A stretch of DNA of 64,000 bases from a virus, in IMG/VR virus record IMGVR_UViG_3300044615_000494. The stretch is one strand, 5' to 3'. Position 1 is the first letter of the stretch, and each line of letters starts with the position of its first letter. Position numbers and translations under genes: made by a program. A model generated the notes under the pieces. That model was not told where the DNA came from, did not search any database, and saw nothing but the letters and a program-made list of their open reading frames with translations. Shown here in pieces: positions 28,045-37,049 of this stretch.

Positions 28045-29199
28045 ATGAATTTCAGAAAACTTATCAAACTAGTGACCGAAGGGGTCAGCCCTTTCAGTAA
28101 AAATCTCAAAGTCATGAGCCTTGACCAATTCGTGGATAGTGAAGGCAAGGACGAAAAAGATGTTGAAGAAGCCAAATTATCGGGAGTCGCTAGTCGCAAA
28201 TTTGATAAAGATGAACTTACAGCATATCTAGACAGAATTATCGGCAAAAATAAAGAGAAACAGGACAAATATCAGCGCCCATATATACACAGCGGCAATA
28301 TACCTATCGTCAATGACGAAGGTAAGAAATATGACCTAGATGCCCTTCGCAAGACTTTCTCCGAGCGTCCCGCAAAGATTCTCAAGCAAAACGAAAAGAT
28401 GCAACACAGCGACGGCACATCAAGCATTTTCTTCAATGTTGGTCTCCCTGCACTAAAGGGACTTGCCGTTGATGAAGACACCGGTGAATTTATAGTGATT
28501 GATACTTGTCCTGGCGCAGGCGCATGTAAGACATTCTGCTATGCTATGAAGGGTGGTTATGTTCAATGGAAGGCTAGCAGTTTGGGTTCAACTAAGATGC
28601 TTAACTTCTTGTACAATGATCCAGACGGTTTCATGGCTAAGTTAAGTGAAGAGATCGACCAAGCAGAGAAAAAGTACGGCAAGAAGGGTACCAAAGTTGT
28701 TATTCGTTGGCATGATGCCGGCGACTTCTTTAGCCCACAATACCTAGAAATGGCATACGATGTTGCTAAGAAACATCCTGATGTTGACTTCTATGCATAT
28801 ACTAAGATGGCTAGTGTAGCACAGGCGGCACGTCCTGATAACTTTAAGATGAACTTCAGCCAAGGTGCGGCTACTGGTCAAGAAAAGAAAATCGATTTCG
28901 TTAAGACTAAGAACAGTCGTGTAGTTCCTAAAGAACTATTTGCCGACGCATTAGAGAAGGATGAATCAGGTAAATGGCAATATAAGAACCCAGAAGCAGA
29001 AAAGGCTGTCAAGGATCGTATCGCTATCAAGTATAGTCTCAAGCCAGAGTCGGTCATCACTTACGATGAGATGATGAAGAAGCCGGCTGATAAAGATCCA
29101 GAAGCCAAAGGTAAATGGAATGTTATCGTCAAGCCGGGTGATGGTGACGATGCTGCCAATCGTAATGACGTATTGAGCAGTTTACTTCTTATTCACTAA
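28045..29199 (+). CDS. Phage Gp88-like Fe-S protein with N-terminal xxE|G/A motifs
   Basis: CPGAGACKTFCYAMKG; IRWHDAGDFFS; FYAYTK; TAAATA upstream (about 28017). Confidence 0.7.
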   Translation: MNFRKLIKLVTEGVSPFSKNLKVMSLDQFVDSEGKDEKDVEEAKLSGVASRKFDKDELTAYLDRIIGKNKEKQDKYQRPYIHSGNIPIVNDEGKKYDLDALRKTFSERPAKILKQNEKMQHSDGTSSIFFNVGLPALKGLAVDEDTGEFIVIDTCPGAGACKTFCYAMKGGYVQWKASSLGSTKMLNFLYNDPDGFMAKLSEEIDQAEKKYGKKGTKVVIRWHDAGDFFSPQYLEMAYDVAKKHPDVDFYAYTKMASVAQAARPDNFKMNFSQGAATGQEKKIDFVKTKNSRVVPKELFADALEKDESGKWQYKNPEAEKAVKDRIAIKYSLKPESVITYDEMMKKPADKDPEAKGKWNVIVKPGDGDDAANRNDVLSSLLLIH

Positions 29200-30028
29200 C
29201 CTTCAATAAGTCTTTCAATTCAAATAAGTGCTTCATGTAACGGCTAGGATTATCTAGCACACTTACTGCGGCATCACCTTTCCTTCGAGGTCCGTACTTA
29301 ACATCAAACTTGACGTTATTGACTTCCTTGTACATCTCTACCATAGCGTTCACTGTAGTACCTACTCCGTGCCCTAAATTCTCAAGGCTATTTGCAGGTT
29401 CTTCGATAGCAGTCTTCAATGCTTCGCAAATCTCTAACACATGAACATAATCACGAACACATGTGCCGTCTGGGGTATCATAGTCGTTACCGAATATAGT
29501 AAACTCACCCTTAGTTTCTGCCCACATTAGGTTCAGCATCAACCCATCAGGGTTAGTGGGCATCAATCCATAACTAGCACCGATCACATTATAGAATCTA
29601 AACATGCTAAAATCTTTAGGATGATGATTAGTGCAGTATTCCCGCACACAATCTTCCGCCGCCCGCTTACTGATACCGTATGCACTCTCACATAATGCGG
29701 CTGCACCGGTACTAGCAAAGATGAAATTATTAGTAGGTACTTTATTCAGTACGTTCATAGTACCGTTCATGTTAGTGATATAATACATGATGGGTATGCG
29801 TTCACTCTCACTAACGTTGACCATAGCAGCCAGATGTATCACAGCATGATATGGTTCTGTTTGATCGGGAATAGTAAACAATCTGTTGATGTCAACATTA
29901 TAAAATTTGCTTATCGGGACGACAGGATCTCTGATATCAAGACCATGTATCTCGTATTGTCCTTCTAACATCTTGCATAGATGACTACCGATATAGCCTG
30001 AGCAGCCTGTTATTAATATTTTTTTCAT
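29189..30028 (-). CDS. NAD-dependent epimerase/dehydratase (GalE-like)
   Basis: ILITGCSGYIGSH; IHLAA; FASTGA; YGISK (YxxxK); FRFYNV; DGTCVRDYVHV. Confidence 0.88.
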   Translation of the reverse strand: MKKILITGCSGYIGSHLCKMLEGQYEIHGLDIRDPVVPISKFYNVDINRLFTIPDQTEPYHAVIHLAAMVNVSESERIPIMYYITNMNGTMNVLNKVPTNNFIFASTGAAALCESAYGISKRAAEDCVREYCTNHHPKDFSMFRFYNVIGASYGLMPTNPDGLMLNLMWAETKGEFTIFGNDYDTPDGTCVRDYVHVLEICEALKTAIEEPANSLENLGHGVGTTVNAMVEMYKEVNNVKFDVKYGPRRKGDAAVSVLDNPSRYMKHLFELKDLLKVSE

Positions 30029-31359
30029 ATTCCCTCAAATAAGTTCGTTGATTCTAATTTTTCTACTGGTTGAAAAGTAGGATCTTTAGTCAAGTATGTA
30101 TTGTCATCTGTGTAGATAACACTGAATTTATGCTTGTTGGTTAAGATACTACGCACATCATCGATGCAAATTATTTTTCTACCTAAACTTTGTATGAACT
30201 CACTATGTTGCACTGTATTAAAATTACAAATCTGTGCAGTGTTGTTATTGCTTTGTTTGCCTTTGAAATCATTGAAGCATTCATTCCACTTATGAAACAC
30301 ATCTTTTTCTCTATTACGATATGCTTCTAATATATCATTAGAATACCAAGTCTTAGCATCAGGAACATTATTATATAAATCTAACACAGTCTTAGCCATA
30401 TTCTTTTTGTTGACTGTAAAAAAATGACGGCTATCAAAGTTTTGAGTCCAGCGTTGATTCTCTAATACTACTGTAGGCATCTGTATCATCTGTTCATAAA
30501 AAGCCATGCCATAACTCTCTACAGTGCTAGGGTTGAATGCTACCCTTGCGCCAGTGATGAAGTCTACCTTCTCTTGTCCTACAATGCTAGCACGAACATC
30601 ATAGGTAGCACCGATCTTAGCCAGTCTATCTTCAAACTTCTTAACACCATTAGGACTAGTCATTACTTTAGCGGGTAATTTAGTTTGTTCTATCAAATCG
30701 ATAAACAGTTCAGGATTCTTACCTTCTTCCCAACGACCAATAAACAATACACCTTCACGTGGTTTGTGATGTTCTTCTAACAATCCTTGCTCCGTGACGG
30801 GGATAGGTAAATGCCAAGCATTGTCAAATTGATGCTTATTGAACATGCTCTGTGTACCTACATAGATACCATCAGTCTGTAACTGTTGACGCATCACCAC
30901 ATTTGTATTGTACAAGAATGGATTCTTTGTGTCTTTGAACATTTGACTTTCAAGGTGTGTATACGCAATAATTTGTATAACATCCTCGAGGCCCATAGTA
31001 CTAGCGACTTGTACAGTCTCGTATGTATTACAGATAAATGCATCATATAGATTGTGTTCCAATGCTTCTACAATAGCAGTACGGAAGTTGGCCATGCGCT
31101 CATAGCAAAACGTATCACCATACATGAATATATTACTATGAAGAGTGTATGGCAGTGGTTCTAGTGGGGCAATGATGTTCGCTTTCAATGACTCGACAAA
31201 CTCATTATCTTTAGGTTCTTTATCTGTAATGATATCGACTTTGATATTATGCTCGTCCATCAATTCACAAAAACTCTTTGTAAATTGACCTATACCACCA
31301 TGAGGTATCAATGTTTGATAACTCACTAAGAAGCCGATTCGTTTATCGTAGGTTCTCAT
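30025..31359 (-). CDS. GT-B glycosyltransferase (GT4-like)
   Basis: GGIGQF; LFIGRWEEGKNP; FNPSTVESYGMAFYE. Confidence 0.8.
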   Translation of the reverse strand: MRTYDKRIGFLVSYQTLIPHGGIGQFTKSFCELMDEHNIKVDIITDKEPKDNEFVESLKANIIAPLEPLPYTLHSNIFMYGDTFCYERMANFRTAIVEALEHNLYDAFICNTYETVQVASTMGLEDVIQIIAYTHLESQMFKDTKNPFLYNTNVVMRQQLQTDGIYVGTQSMFNKHQFDNAWHLPIPVTEQGLLEEHHKPREGVLFIGRWEEGKNPELFIDLIEQTKLPAKVMTSPNGVKKFEDRLAKIGATYDVRASIVGQEKVDFITGARVAFNPSTVESYGMAFYEQMIQMPTVVLENQRWTQNFDSRHFFTVNKKNMAKTVLDLYNNVPDAKTWYSNDILEAYRNREKDVFHKWNECFNDFKGKQSNNNTAQICNFNTVQHSEFIQSLGRKIICIDDVRSILTNKHKFSVIYTDDNTYLTKDPTFQPVEKLESTNLFEGI

Positions 31360-31742
31360 TCTTCCACTTTAGTAATTTCTAACTCACAATCGATGATCAT
31401 CTCGCATTCATCTTGTACCCAACCGTGATCGCATTCGAGGTCAAGCCAACTATTGCCCTCTTCAAAAAATTCTTCTAGCCACTCTTGTGTTTCTTCATCA
31501 CATTCATCCATGTCATGCTCTTCCCAACAGCCGTCAGTAGTTTCTACTAGTTCAGATTCATAACCACAATCATAGATATTCACACCGGCTTCGATATCAG
31601 GAGGATTATCATCCTCAGTCTCTACGGTGAACTCACCCCAACGCCATCCAGTCTCAATCATAATACGATTGTCACCTTTATAAAGGTAATTACGTTCAAT
31701 GATTGACTTCTTCCATGCGGGTTTTACACTCCAAGTTGCCAT
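31356..31742 (-). CDS. Acidic hypothetical protein
   Basis: 128-aa tiled ORF. Confidence 0.7.
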   Translation of the reverse strand: MATWSVKPAWKKSIIERNYLYKGDNRIMIETGWRWGEFTVETEDDNPPDIEAGVNIYDCGYESELVETTDGCWEEHDMDECDEETQEWLEEFFEEGNSWLDLECDHGWVQDECEMIIDCELEITKVEE

Positions 31743-31984
31743 TATACGTTTCCTTTCAATTTAGCAATAAGATATTCATCTTTATGATACCAGCGATATT
31801 CAAACACAGGTTCGCCTGGACCTGTCCACATGGCTACTTTTCTATATGCGAACTGTAGCCATAACCTTTTATCTGATAGCCAGCAACGTTTAGGTAACCA
31901 AGCGAATCGCAAGGTAGTACCTATACTATGGTGATCAAAATGATCCCAATCATCTACTCTATCTCTACTGTTATAGAATGGCAT
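31742..31984 (-). CDS. Hypothetical protein
   Basis: FAWLPKRCWLSDKRLWLQFAY; TAATG coupling. Confidence 0.65.
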   Translation of the reverse strand: MPFYNSRDRVDDWDHFDHHSIGTTLRFAWLPKRCWLSDKRLWLQFAYRKVAMWTGPGEPVFEYRWYHKDEYLIAKLKGNV

Positions 31985-32193
31985 TACCAACTCTCTACGT
32001 CAGTAATGTCTAACTTTACCATCTCTTTAGGATCAAACTCAATTGTTACTGACGGTCCAATACCGCTAGGTGATGATTGCTTCCAAACAATTTGATTAAC
32101 TGCATCATACATATCGAACACTTCTCTAAGTTTTTCAAACTGATTGCGAGTGATCACAAATTGTTGTTCTTTTGATATAACACCTTCTGTCAT
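31984..32193 (-). CDS. Hypothetical protein
   Basis: 69-aa tiled ORF. Confidence 0.65.
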   Translation of the reverse strand: MTEGVISKEQQFVITRNQFEKLREVFDMYDAVNQIVWKQSSPSGIGPSVTIEFDPKEMVKLDITDVESW

Positions 32194-32194
32194 G

Positions 32195-33052
32195 TTATGT
32201 TCCCCATTCGTTCTTAAACAATGGTACTTGCAGTCTATCGCTGTACCTCAAACCATTCTTCATAGCAAAGTTTGCTACTTGTCTATTATTAAGACTGTAC
32301 ACACTTTCTACACCGCCTACGGGCATGACATACACATTACCTGTAAAACCTTCACTGCGATAAAGTTCTGTGACTTCTAATACTTCGTCCATATCTTCTT
32401 GACTTGCGATAACAAACTTAAGATATACATGACCTGATTCTTGATATTGTAAAACAACATCAGGTCTGATCGCACGTTCACGCTTTTCACCACTAACACT
32501 GAGTTTTGCGCTTACGCTAAACGTGATACTATCATAACTGCGACTGCTGAACGGATCACCCTCAGCCCAATCATATAAAAAGTCTACAAGTTCAGGCTTT
32601 AGTTTCTGACTACCGTTAGTCTCAAACGTGATCTCTTTAAGATTTTTCATGAAGGGATGACTGAGAAGTTTAGGATACATCTTCTGCCATCCTAACAGTG
32701 GCTCACCGCCTGTGATGACTAAGTGTTCGTCTCGCCACTCTTTGAAGGGGAGGATATCTTTGATTGAATCAGCGATGCCATCAACTGAGACACGCGGACT
32801 AAGATGCTTGAACCTAGGATCCCAACTAGCATAACTGTCACATCCGGTACTAACCAGTGGTAAATCTCTATAAGATTTATATAACTTTGCATCGACAGCA
32901 TGACGTTCATTAGTTTTTTCTCCTCTGGGCATACCGAAACCATCGCAAGTGAAGTTACAGCCGAACGTTCTTAGAAAGACTGAAGGCACGCCCATGTAGC
33001 GACCTTCGCCTTGAATACTGTAGAATAGTTCACTTATCTTGATTGAGTTCAT
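32195..33052 (-). CDS. queE: 7-carboxy-7-deazaguanine synthase (radical SAM)
   Basis: ISELFYSIQGEG; VFLRTFGCNFTC...CDSY; VITGGEPLL; FETNG; YSDRLQVPLF. Confidence 0.9.
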   Translation of the reverse strand: MNSIKISELFYSIQGEGRYMGVPSVFLRTFGCNFTCDGFGMPRGEKTNERHAVDAKLYKSYRDLPLVSTGCDSYASWDPRFKHLSPRVSVDGIADSIKDILPFKEWRDEHLVITGGEPLLGWQKMYPKLLSHPFMKNLKEITFETNGSQKLKPELVDFLYDWAEGDPFSSRSYDSITFSVSAKLSVSGEKRERAIRPDVVLQYQESGHVYLKFVIASQEDMDEVLEVTELYRSEGFTGNVYVMPVGGVESVYSLNNRQVANFAMKNGLRYSDRLQVPLFKNEWGT

Positions 33053-33440
33053 TTAAATACCTTATTAATTCTTTATCTGTAGGTTTCACACTGTAGTTCT
33101 GTTTAAAGAATATCTCATAACTATCACTACCGTATTTACCAATACCATAGAGTATATTAGCATTTATTTTGTCCCAAGTCAAGTAATCACGGCTCATACC
33201 ACGCAACCTTTTTTCCCTGATATTATACATACCAAGAGGCTTGATGATATCGATCACTTGTTCTGGTGTACTATTTAGGAGACTTCTTGGGTTTGGAAAC
33301 TTTTTTAGGAACTTTGGAAGCACGTACTTTACTGGCTTTCTTCCCGTTTGGTTCAGCATGATCACTCCTACCATGTGTTCCCATTCGTTCTTTATCTGTT
33401 GCTGAACCATTAGATCGTCTCTTAGTGCTTTTACCTTCAC
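33030..33440 (-). CDS. HhH-GPD DNA glycosylase, MBD4-like (GTG start)
   Basis: WEHMVGVIMLNQT; FLKKFPNP; IKPLGMYNIR; LYGIGKYGSDSYEIF. Confidence 0.8.
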   Translation of the reverse strand: MKVKALRDDLMVQQQIKNEWEHMVGVIMLNQTGRKPVKYVLPKFLKKFPNPRSLLNSTPEQVIDIIKPLGMYNIREKRLRGMSRDYLTWDKINANILYGIGKYGSDSYEIFFKQNYSVKPTDKELIRYLNELNQDK

Positions 33441-33609
33441 TTTGCTTCTCCCTGTATCTCAACACGCCATCTACTATGCCATATTCAGTAGTCTCTGTGA
33501 CCAATCGCCAACCGTCAAAAACTACTATTTTTTCAGTGGTTTCACGCTCTAAAAATTGCTTGAATTCTGATAGGCTATTATACTTTAATTTTTTAGGTAT
33601 ATACATCAT
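33271..33609 (-). CDS. Hypothetical protein; C-terminal ~56 codons overlap the glycosylase gene
   Basis: MMYIPKKLKYNSLSEFKQFLERETTEK; 170-nt overlap. Confidence 0.5.
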   Translation of the reverse strand: MMYIPKKLKYNSLSEFKQFLERETTEKIVVFDGWRLVTETTEYGIVDGVLRYREKQSEGKSTKRRSNGSATDKERMGTHGRSDHAEPNGKKASKVRASKVPKKVSKPKKSPK

Positions 33610-33872
33610 TGAAACTTGAGTTTGTACCAATTCAGTTCAGCATCAGAATATAAGTATATCCTAGTTCTATGATTGTCAGTCAAAAAAGCCCAGGTATATT
33701 TTTGTTTAGGATTTAAAAATTTTAATTCTCTACCCGGGCCAAATACTTGCCAGCACCATTCACGTATCGTACAAAAATCATGACCATCTTTATGAGGGTG
33801 GACGAACTCTAAGCAGTACCCAAAGTTCGCACCACCGGCAAATCTACGATCTAATTTTTGTATGATTATCAA
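33606..33872 (-). CDS. Hypothetical protein (probable TTG start)
   Basis: LIIIQKLDRRFAGG...IREWCWQVFGPG...RIYL. Confidence 0.55.
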   Translation of the reverse strand: MIIIQKLDRRFAGGANFGYCLEFVHPHKDGHDFCTIREWCWQVFGPGRELKFLNPKQKYTWAFLTDNHRTRIYLYSDAELNWYKLKFQ

Positions 33873-33873
33873 A

Positions 33874-34398
33874 TTACCACCAGTCTTCCCAAGGGAACAC
33901 ACACCATTCGGGATTCTCGGCTTTGTTGATCGCCAGGCCAACAAAGTCTGTCTCAAATTCGCTTGCTTGATTTTCGATCAATACAGCAAACCTGACATTC
34001 TTATGCCAAACACTAGCCCATGCTGTTTGTTCTTTAGGTAAGCAACCGCCTTGCCAATCGCTAACAATATTTTTAAATGTATTGCCAGTGTCATTGATGT
34101 CGTCAACAATCAAGATATTCTTGCGCATAGAAACATCCCAGCGACTCTTATATGTCTCTTGCTCTTCAGATGGAACAGTGCCAAATGCGTCCTCTGCCAT
34201 CCATAGATTAGACTCAGCAGGATCTAATGCATAGAAAGGAATGTTTAGGTAATGACTAAGCATCACGCCAGGAATCAATCCTCCCCTAGTCAAACCTACA
34301 ATATAGTCAGGTCTGTAGTCGGCAGTATACATCTGACGCACGATTTCTAGAACCCCGCCCTTGACGAATTCATCTGTGTAATACATTTGTTTATCCAT
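33874..34398 (-). CDS. Type I phosphoribosyltransferase (xanthine/guanine PRT-like)
   Basis: DYIVGLTRGGLIPGVMLSH; PRPP-binding ILIVDDINDTGNT; WCVFPWE. Confidence 0.85.
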   Translation of the reverse strand: MDKQMYYTDEFVKGGVLEIVRQMYTADYRPDYIVGLTRGGLIPGVMLSHYLNIPFYALDPAESNLWMAEDAFGTVPSEEQETYKSRWDVSMRKNILIVDDINDTGNTFKNIVSDWQGGCLPKEQTAWASVWHKNVRFAVLIENQASEFETDFVGLAINKAENPEWCVFPWEDWW

Positions 34399-34400
34399 AA

Positions 34401-34592
34401 TTACCAATGCCTCATTACGTTTGCTATGATGAATAGACATGTTATCACATGTAACACTACCCATGAAGTTTTTAGGAACAATGCGATACGGGCTTCACGC
34501 AAAGTAAGTACAGGGACTCTAGGGCGATCCTCGTCGGTCTCACCCATTAGATGCCCTGTTGCTCTAGCCCAAATTTTTACTAGACTGTTCAT
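34401..34592 (-). CDS. Small membrane protein
   Basis: IWARATGHLMGETDEDRP...VLHVITCLFIIANVMRHW. Confidence 0.6.
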   Translation of the reverse strand: MNSLVKIWARATGHLMGETDEDRPRVPVLTLREARIALFLKTSWVVLHVITCLFIIANVMRHW

Positions 34593-35038
34593 GCTTCGTA
34601 AATTGCGCTGTTTGCACCATGTTCGGCACATTCTACACGCACACAATAACAACGATTGTTAGATTTCTCGCGAATTAAGTTATCAGCATAATTAAAAGCA
34701 TGTTCAGCAAATTTTTCTGCGCCCACACCATTAAAATATGTAAGTTTTGCCAACCCCAATTCTTCTAAATGTTGAAAATCTGCAACGTGCGGGTCTGCTG
34801 TATCTAAACAAACCTTATGATCAAAACTGTCTTCTAACCATTTCTTTAAATCTTTAAGACCCCCGAAATCTACAGCCCAGTTTTTATCATCTAATGTCTC
34901 ACATCCAAAAGTAAACTTGAATGATAAACTATAGCCATGCAATAAATGACAATGACTATGCCCTGCATTGGGCTGTCTAAAGACTGCCGATAAACCTATG
35001 TTGTGTCCGTATGTTTTTGTTGAATAGTACTTTGCCAT
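34589..35038 (-). CDS. queD: 6-carboxy-5,6,7,8-tetrahydropterin synthase
   Basis: SHCHLLHGY; VDFGGLKDLK; FDHK; GAEKFAE; VECAEHGANSA. Confidence 0.9.
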   Translation of the reverse strand: MAKYYSTKTYGHNIGLSAVFRQPNAGHSHCHLLHGYSLSFKFTFGCETLDDKNWAVDFGGLKDLKKWLEDSFDHKVCLDTADPHVADFQHLEELGLAKLTYFNGVGAEKFAEHAFNYADNLIREKSNNRCYCVRVECAEHGANSAIYEA

Positions 35039-35046
35039 CTCTAGTC

Positions 35047-35111
35047 TCCTTTACTAATGAGCAAGTTTGATGGCGGCAGAATTTATAAATCGGGATGACG
35101 CCAAGACCGAT
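35047..35111 (-). ncRNA. Candidate H-type pseudoknot / riboswitch-like leader of queD
   Basis: P1 AUCGG/CCGAU (35111-35107 with 35093-35089); loop UGGCG (35103-35099) pairs with CGCCA (35075-35071); linker UUAUAAAUUCUG. Confidence 0.5.
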
Positions 35112-35115
35112 GTGA

Positions 35116-35283
35116 TTATACGCTTTTTACTTCGTATTGTTCGCTAATTTTAGTAGTCAATGTTTCCCATAATGGCTCTAGTGCATTACGCGGATCCAAC
35201 TCTACTTCTTGATCAGTGATACAAGATACATCATAATTGACGATAACCTTATCACCTTTGTTATTCTCAAATGTTAACTTCAT
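35116..35283 (-). CDS. Small hypothetical protein (55 aa)
   Basis: Hand translation MKLTFENNKGDKVIVNYDVSCITDQEVELDPRNALEPLWETLTTKISEQYEVKSV; ATGA overlap. Confidence 0.55.
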   Translation of the reverse strand: MKLTFENNKGDKVIVNYDVSCITDQEVELDPRNALEPLWETLTTKISEQYEVKSV

Positions 35284-35492
35284 ATCCATCTCCTAACTAT
35301 CACTGTTCCATATCTGTACATATGTGTCTCACAGCCTATTCTGTCAGTAACACTGTGTACTAATTGTATCATCTTTGCGCTGTTTCCGCAAATGATTTCT
35401 AATGGGAATTCGCCCTGATTCATCAATATAAAGTTCTCTACCATAGGTTCGACCTCACTATGTCTGACACCGTGTAGGTCTAACTGATTCAT
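35280..35492 (-). CDS. Stand-alone Smr-domain protein
   Basis: LDLHGVRHSEV...LEIICGNS...YGTVIV. Confidence 0.7.
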   Translation of the reverse strand: MNQLDLHGVRHSEVEPMVENFILMNQGEFPLEIICGNSAKMIQLVHSVTDRIGCETHMYRYGTVIVRRWI

Positions 35493-35965
35493 GGCTTATC
35501 AGAGTACCTTTTTTGATTCTCTGCTTCCCATACACGCTCACGCAAGTTAGTGCTACTGAAACTATGATCGCGGCTATTAAACACTAATTCAATATTACGC
35601 TTCTCGCAGATAGCACGACCAGTAAATTCACTTTGCATATACTCTACACCTAATATACGAACATCAAGGGGTAGTGTTAGCAAAATATCTTCAAGGTCTT
35701 TTTCACTATTATAAACTACGATTTCGTCAACGAATCTATTTGCACTAAGTTGAATCTGTCTTTCTACCAGGCTTTGTATGGGAGCATTCTTTTGAGGTCT
35801 GTCCCAACTCGCATTGTTTTGTAAACCTGCGATTAGATAATCGCAATGATTCTTTGCTTCTGCAAGCATAGCAACATGACCTGCATGTAACAAATCGAAT
35901 TGGCTGAACGTGATACCTATCTTCAACCCTTTATCTTTTAATTCTTTTATTTTATTGAATATCAT
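35489..35965 (-). CDS. Cytidylyltransferase-like nucleotidyltransferase (TagD-like)
   Basis: FSQFDLLHAGHV (HxGH); DYLIAGL; ER; FVDEIV; RDHSFSSTNLR. Confidence 0.85.
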   Translation of the reverse strand: MIFNKIKELKDKGLKIGITFSQFDLLHAGHVAMLAEAKNHCDYLIAGLQNNASWDRPQKNAPIQSLVERQIQLSANRFVDEIVVYNSEKDLEDILLTLPLDVRILGVEYMQSEFTGRAICEKRNIELVFNSRDHSFSSTNLRERVWEAENQKRYSDKP

Positions 35966-36198
35966 CTTTTTAATTCACTCCAAAATTGTTTCTTATGTTG
36001 CTCTTCAAGCCAAACATCTTCATCAGTGAATGTAGGTTGTCTTTTGAGCATTTCCTCTAAAAGAAATTTGATCTCATAGAGTTCTTTTTTAGTCTGCCAA
36101 GATGTCCATCCGTCATTATAAGGGCTACAGATTTCTCCATGAGCCTTAATCAATTGCATTTTAATGCTATCTGGCTCTATTGGTTTCCTGTATCCCAT
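35962..36198 (-). CDS. Hypothetical protein
   Basis: Tiled ORF. Confidence 0.6.
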   Translation of the reverse strand: MGYRKPIEPDSIKMQLIKAHGEICSPYNDGWTSWQTKKELYEIKFLLEEMLKRQPTFTDEDVWLEEQHKKQFWSELKR

Positions 36199-36364
36199 TT
36201 GCGACCTTATTAGTATCAATGATGATGTCCATTGCTTGACGTAGTAACTGTTCGATAGTCACAAGTTTCTGTTCAGTTTCCCAAACTTTCTTGTGCTGTA
36301 GTTCTAATCTAGCCTCTAATTCACATACTTTAGAGAATAGTTGATCGTTAAAGTCTCCCATCAC
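36167..36364 (-). CDS. Coiled-coil hypothetical protein
   Basis: 65-aa ORF. Confidence 0.6.
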   Translation of the reverse strand: MMGDFNDQLFSKVCELEARLELQHKKVWETEQKLVTIEQLLRQAMDIIIDTNKVANGIQETNRAR

Positions 36365-37041
36365 TTACAGCCCTTCATTGCGATATTCAAAAACTCAGCA
36401 CGGGCAGCAGGATCGTTCTTGAATCCACCACCAAGACGGCTTGTGACTGTGCTACTACCTGTATCCTCTACACCACGACTCTTCACACAATAATGTTGTG
36501 CATCAATCATTACAGCAACATCTTCTGTGCCTAGGATGAATTGTAATGTGTGGAAGATTTGTTCTGTGAGGCGTTCTTGAATCTGTGGACGCTTGCTGAA
36601 GTATTCAACGATTCTGTTGATCTTGCTGAGTCCCAATACTTTATCCTTAGGTACATATGCTACTGTAGCAAGACCATCGATGACAACAAAGTGATGTTCG
36701 CAGTTGCTTTGTACATTGACATTACGCTCAACGACCATCTCGTTATACTTCATCTTGTTATCGACCGTAGTACACTTAGGGAACGAATCATAATCTAGTC
36801 CCCAGAAAATCTCATTGACATACATTTTAGCGACACGCTTGGGTGTATCGATCAAACTGTCATCGGTCAAGTCTAATCCTAAAGCCCTCATGATCTCAGC
36901 AAAGTTACCTTCGATGATATCAATCTGTTCTTTACGATCTAGATTGCGCTTTTTGATTGGGGTTTCAACACCCATTTTGACTAGGTGTTCATGAACCTGT
37001 TTGCCAAGTTCTGGGTCTGTTTTTGTCTTATTGTATGACAT
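36361..37041 (-). CDS. folE: GTP cyclohydrolase I
   Basis: DTPKRVAKMY; SNCEHH; GLSKINRIV; RPQIQERLT; AQHYCVKSRG. Confidence 0.96.
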   Translation of the reverse strand: MSYNKTKTDPELGKQVHEHLVKMGVETPIKKRNLDRKEQIDIIEGNFAEIMRALGLDLTDDSLIDTPKRVAKMYVNEIFWGLDYDSFPKCTTVDNKMKYNEMVVERNVNVQSNCEHHFVVIDGLATVAYVPKDKVLGLSKINRIVEYFSKRPQIQERLTEQIFHTLQFILGTEDVAVMIDAQHYCVKSRGVEDTGSSTVTSRLGGGFKNDPAARAEFLNIAMKGCK

Positions 37042-37049
37042 TTAGTTTC

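Noticed and set aside
33271-33440. A functional 170-nt dual-coding overlap with the glycosylase gene
   Set aside because: The extension reads like off-frame read-through (probably a lost stop codon); no independent evidence of function
35115-35120. TATAAT as a dedicated queD promoter
   Set aside because: It coincides with the upstream stop codon (GTA TAA T) and has no recognisable -35, so read-through transcription is more likely
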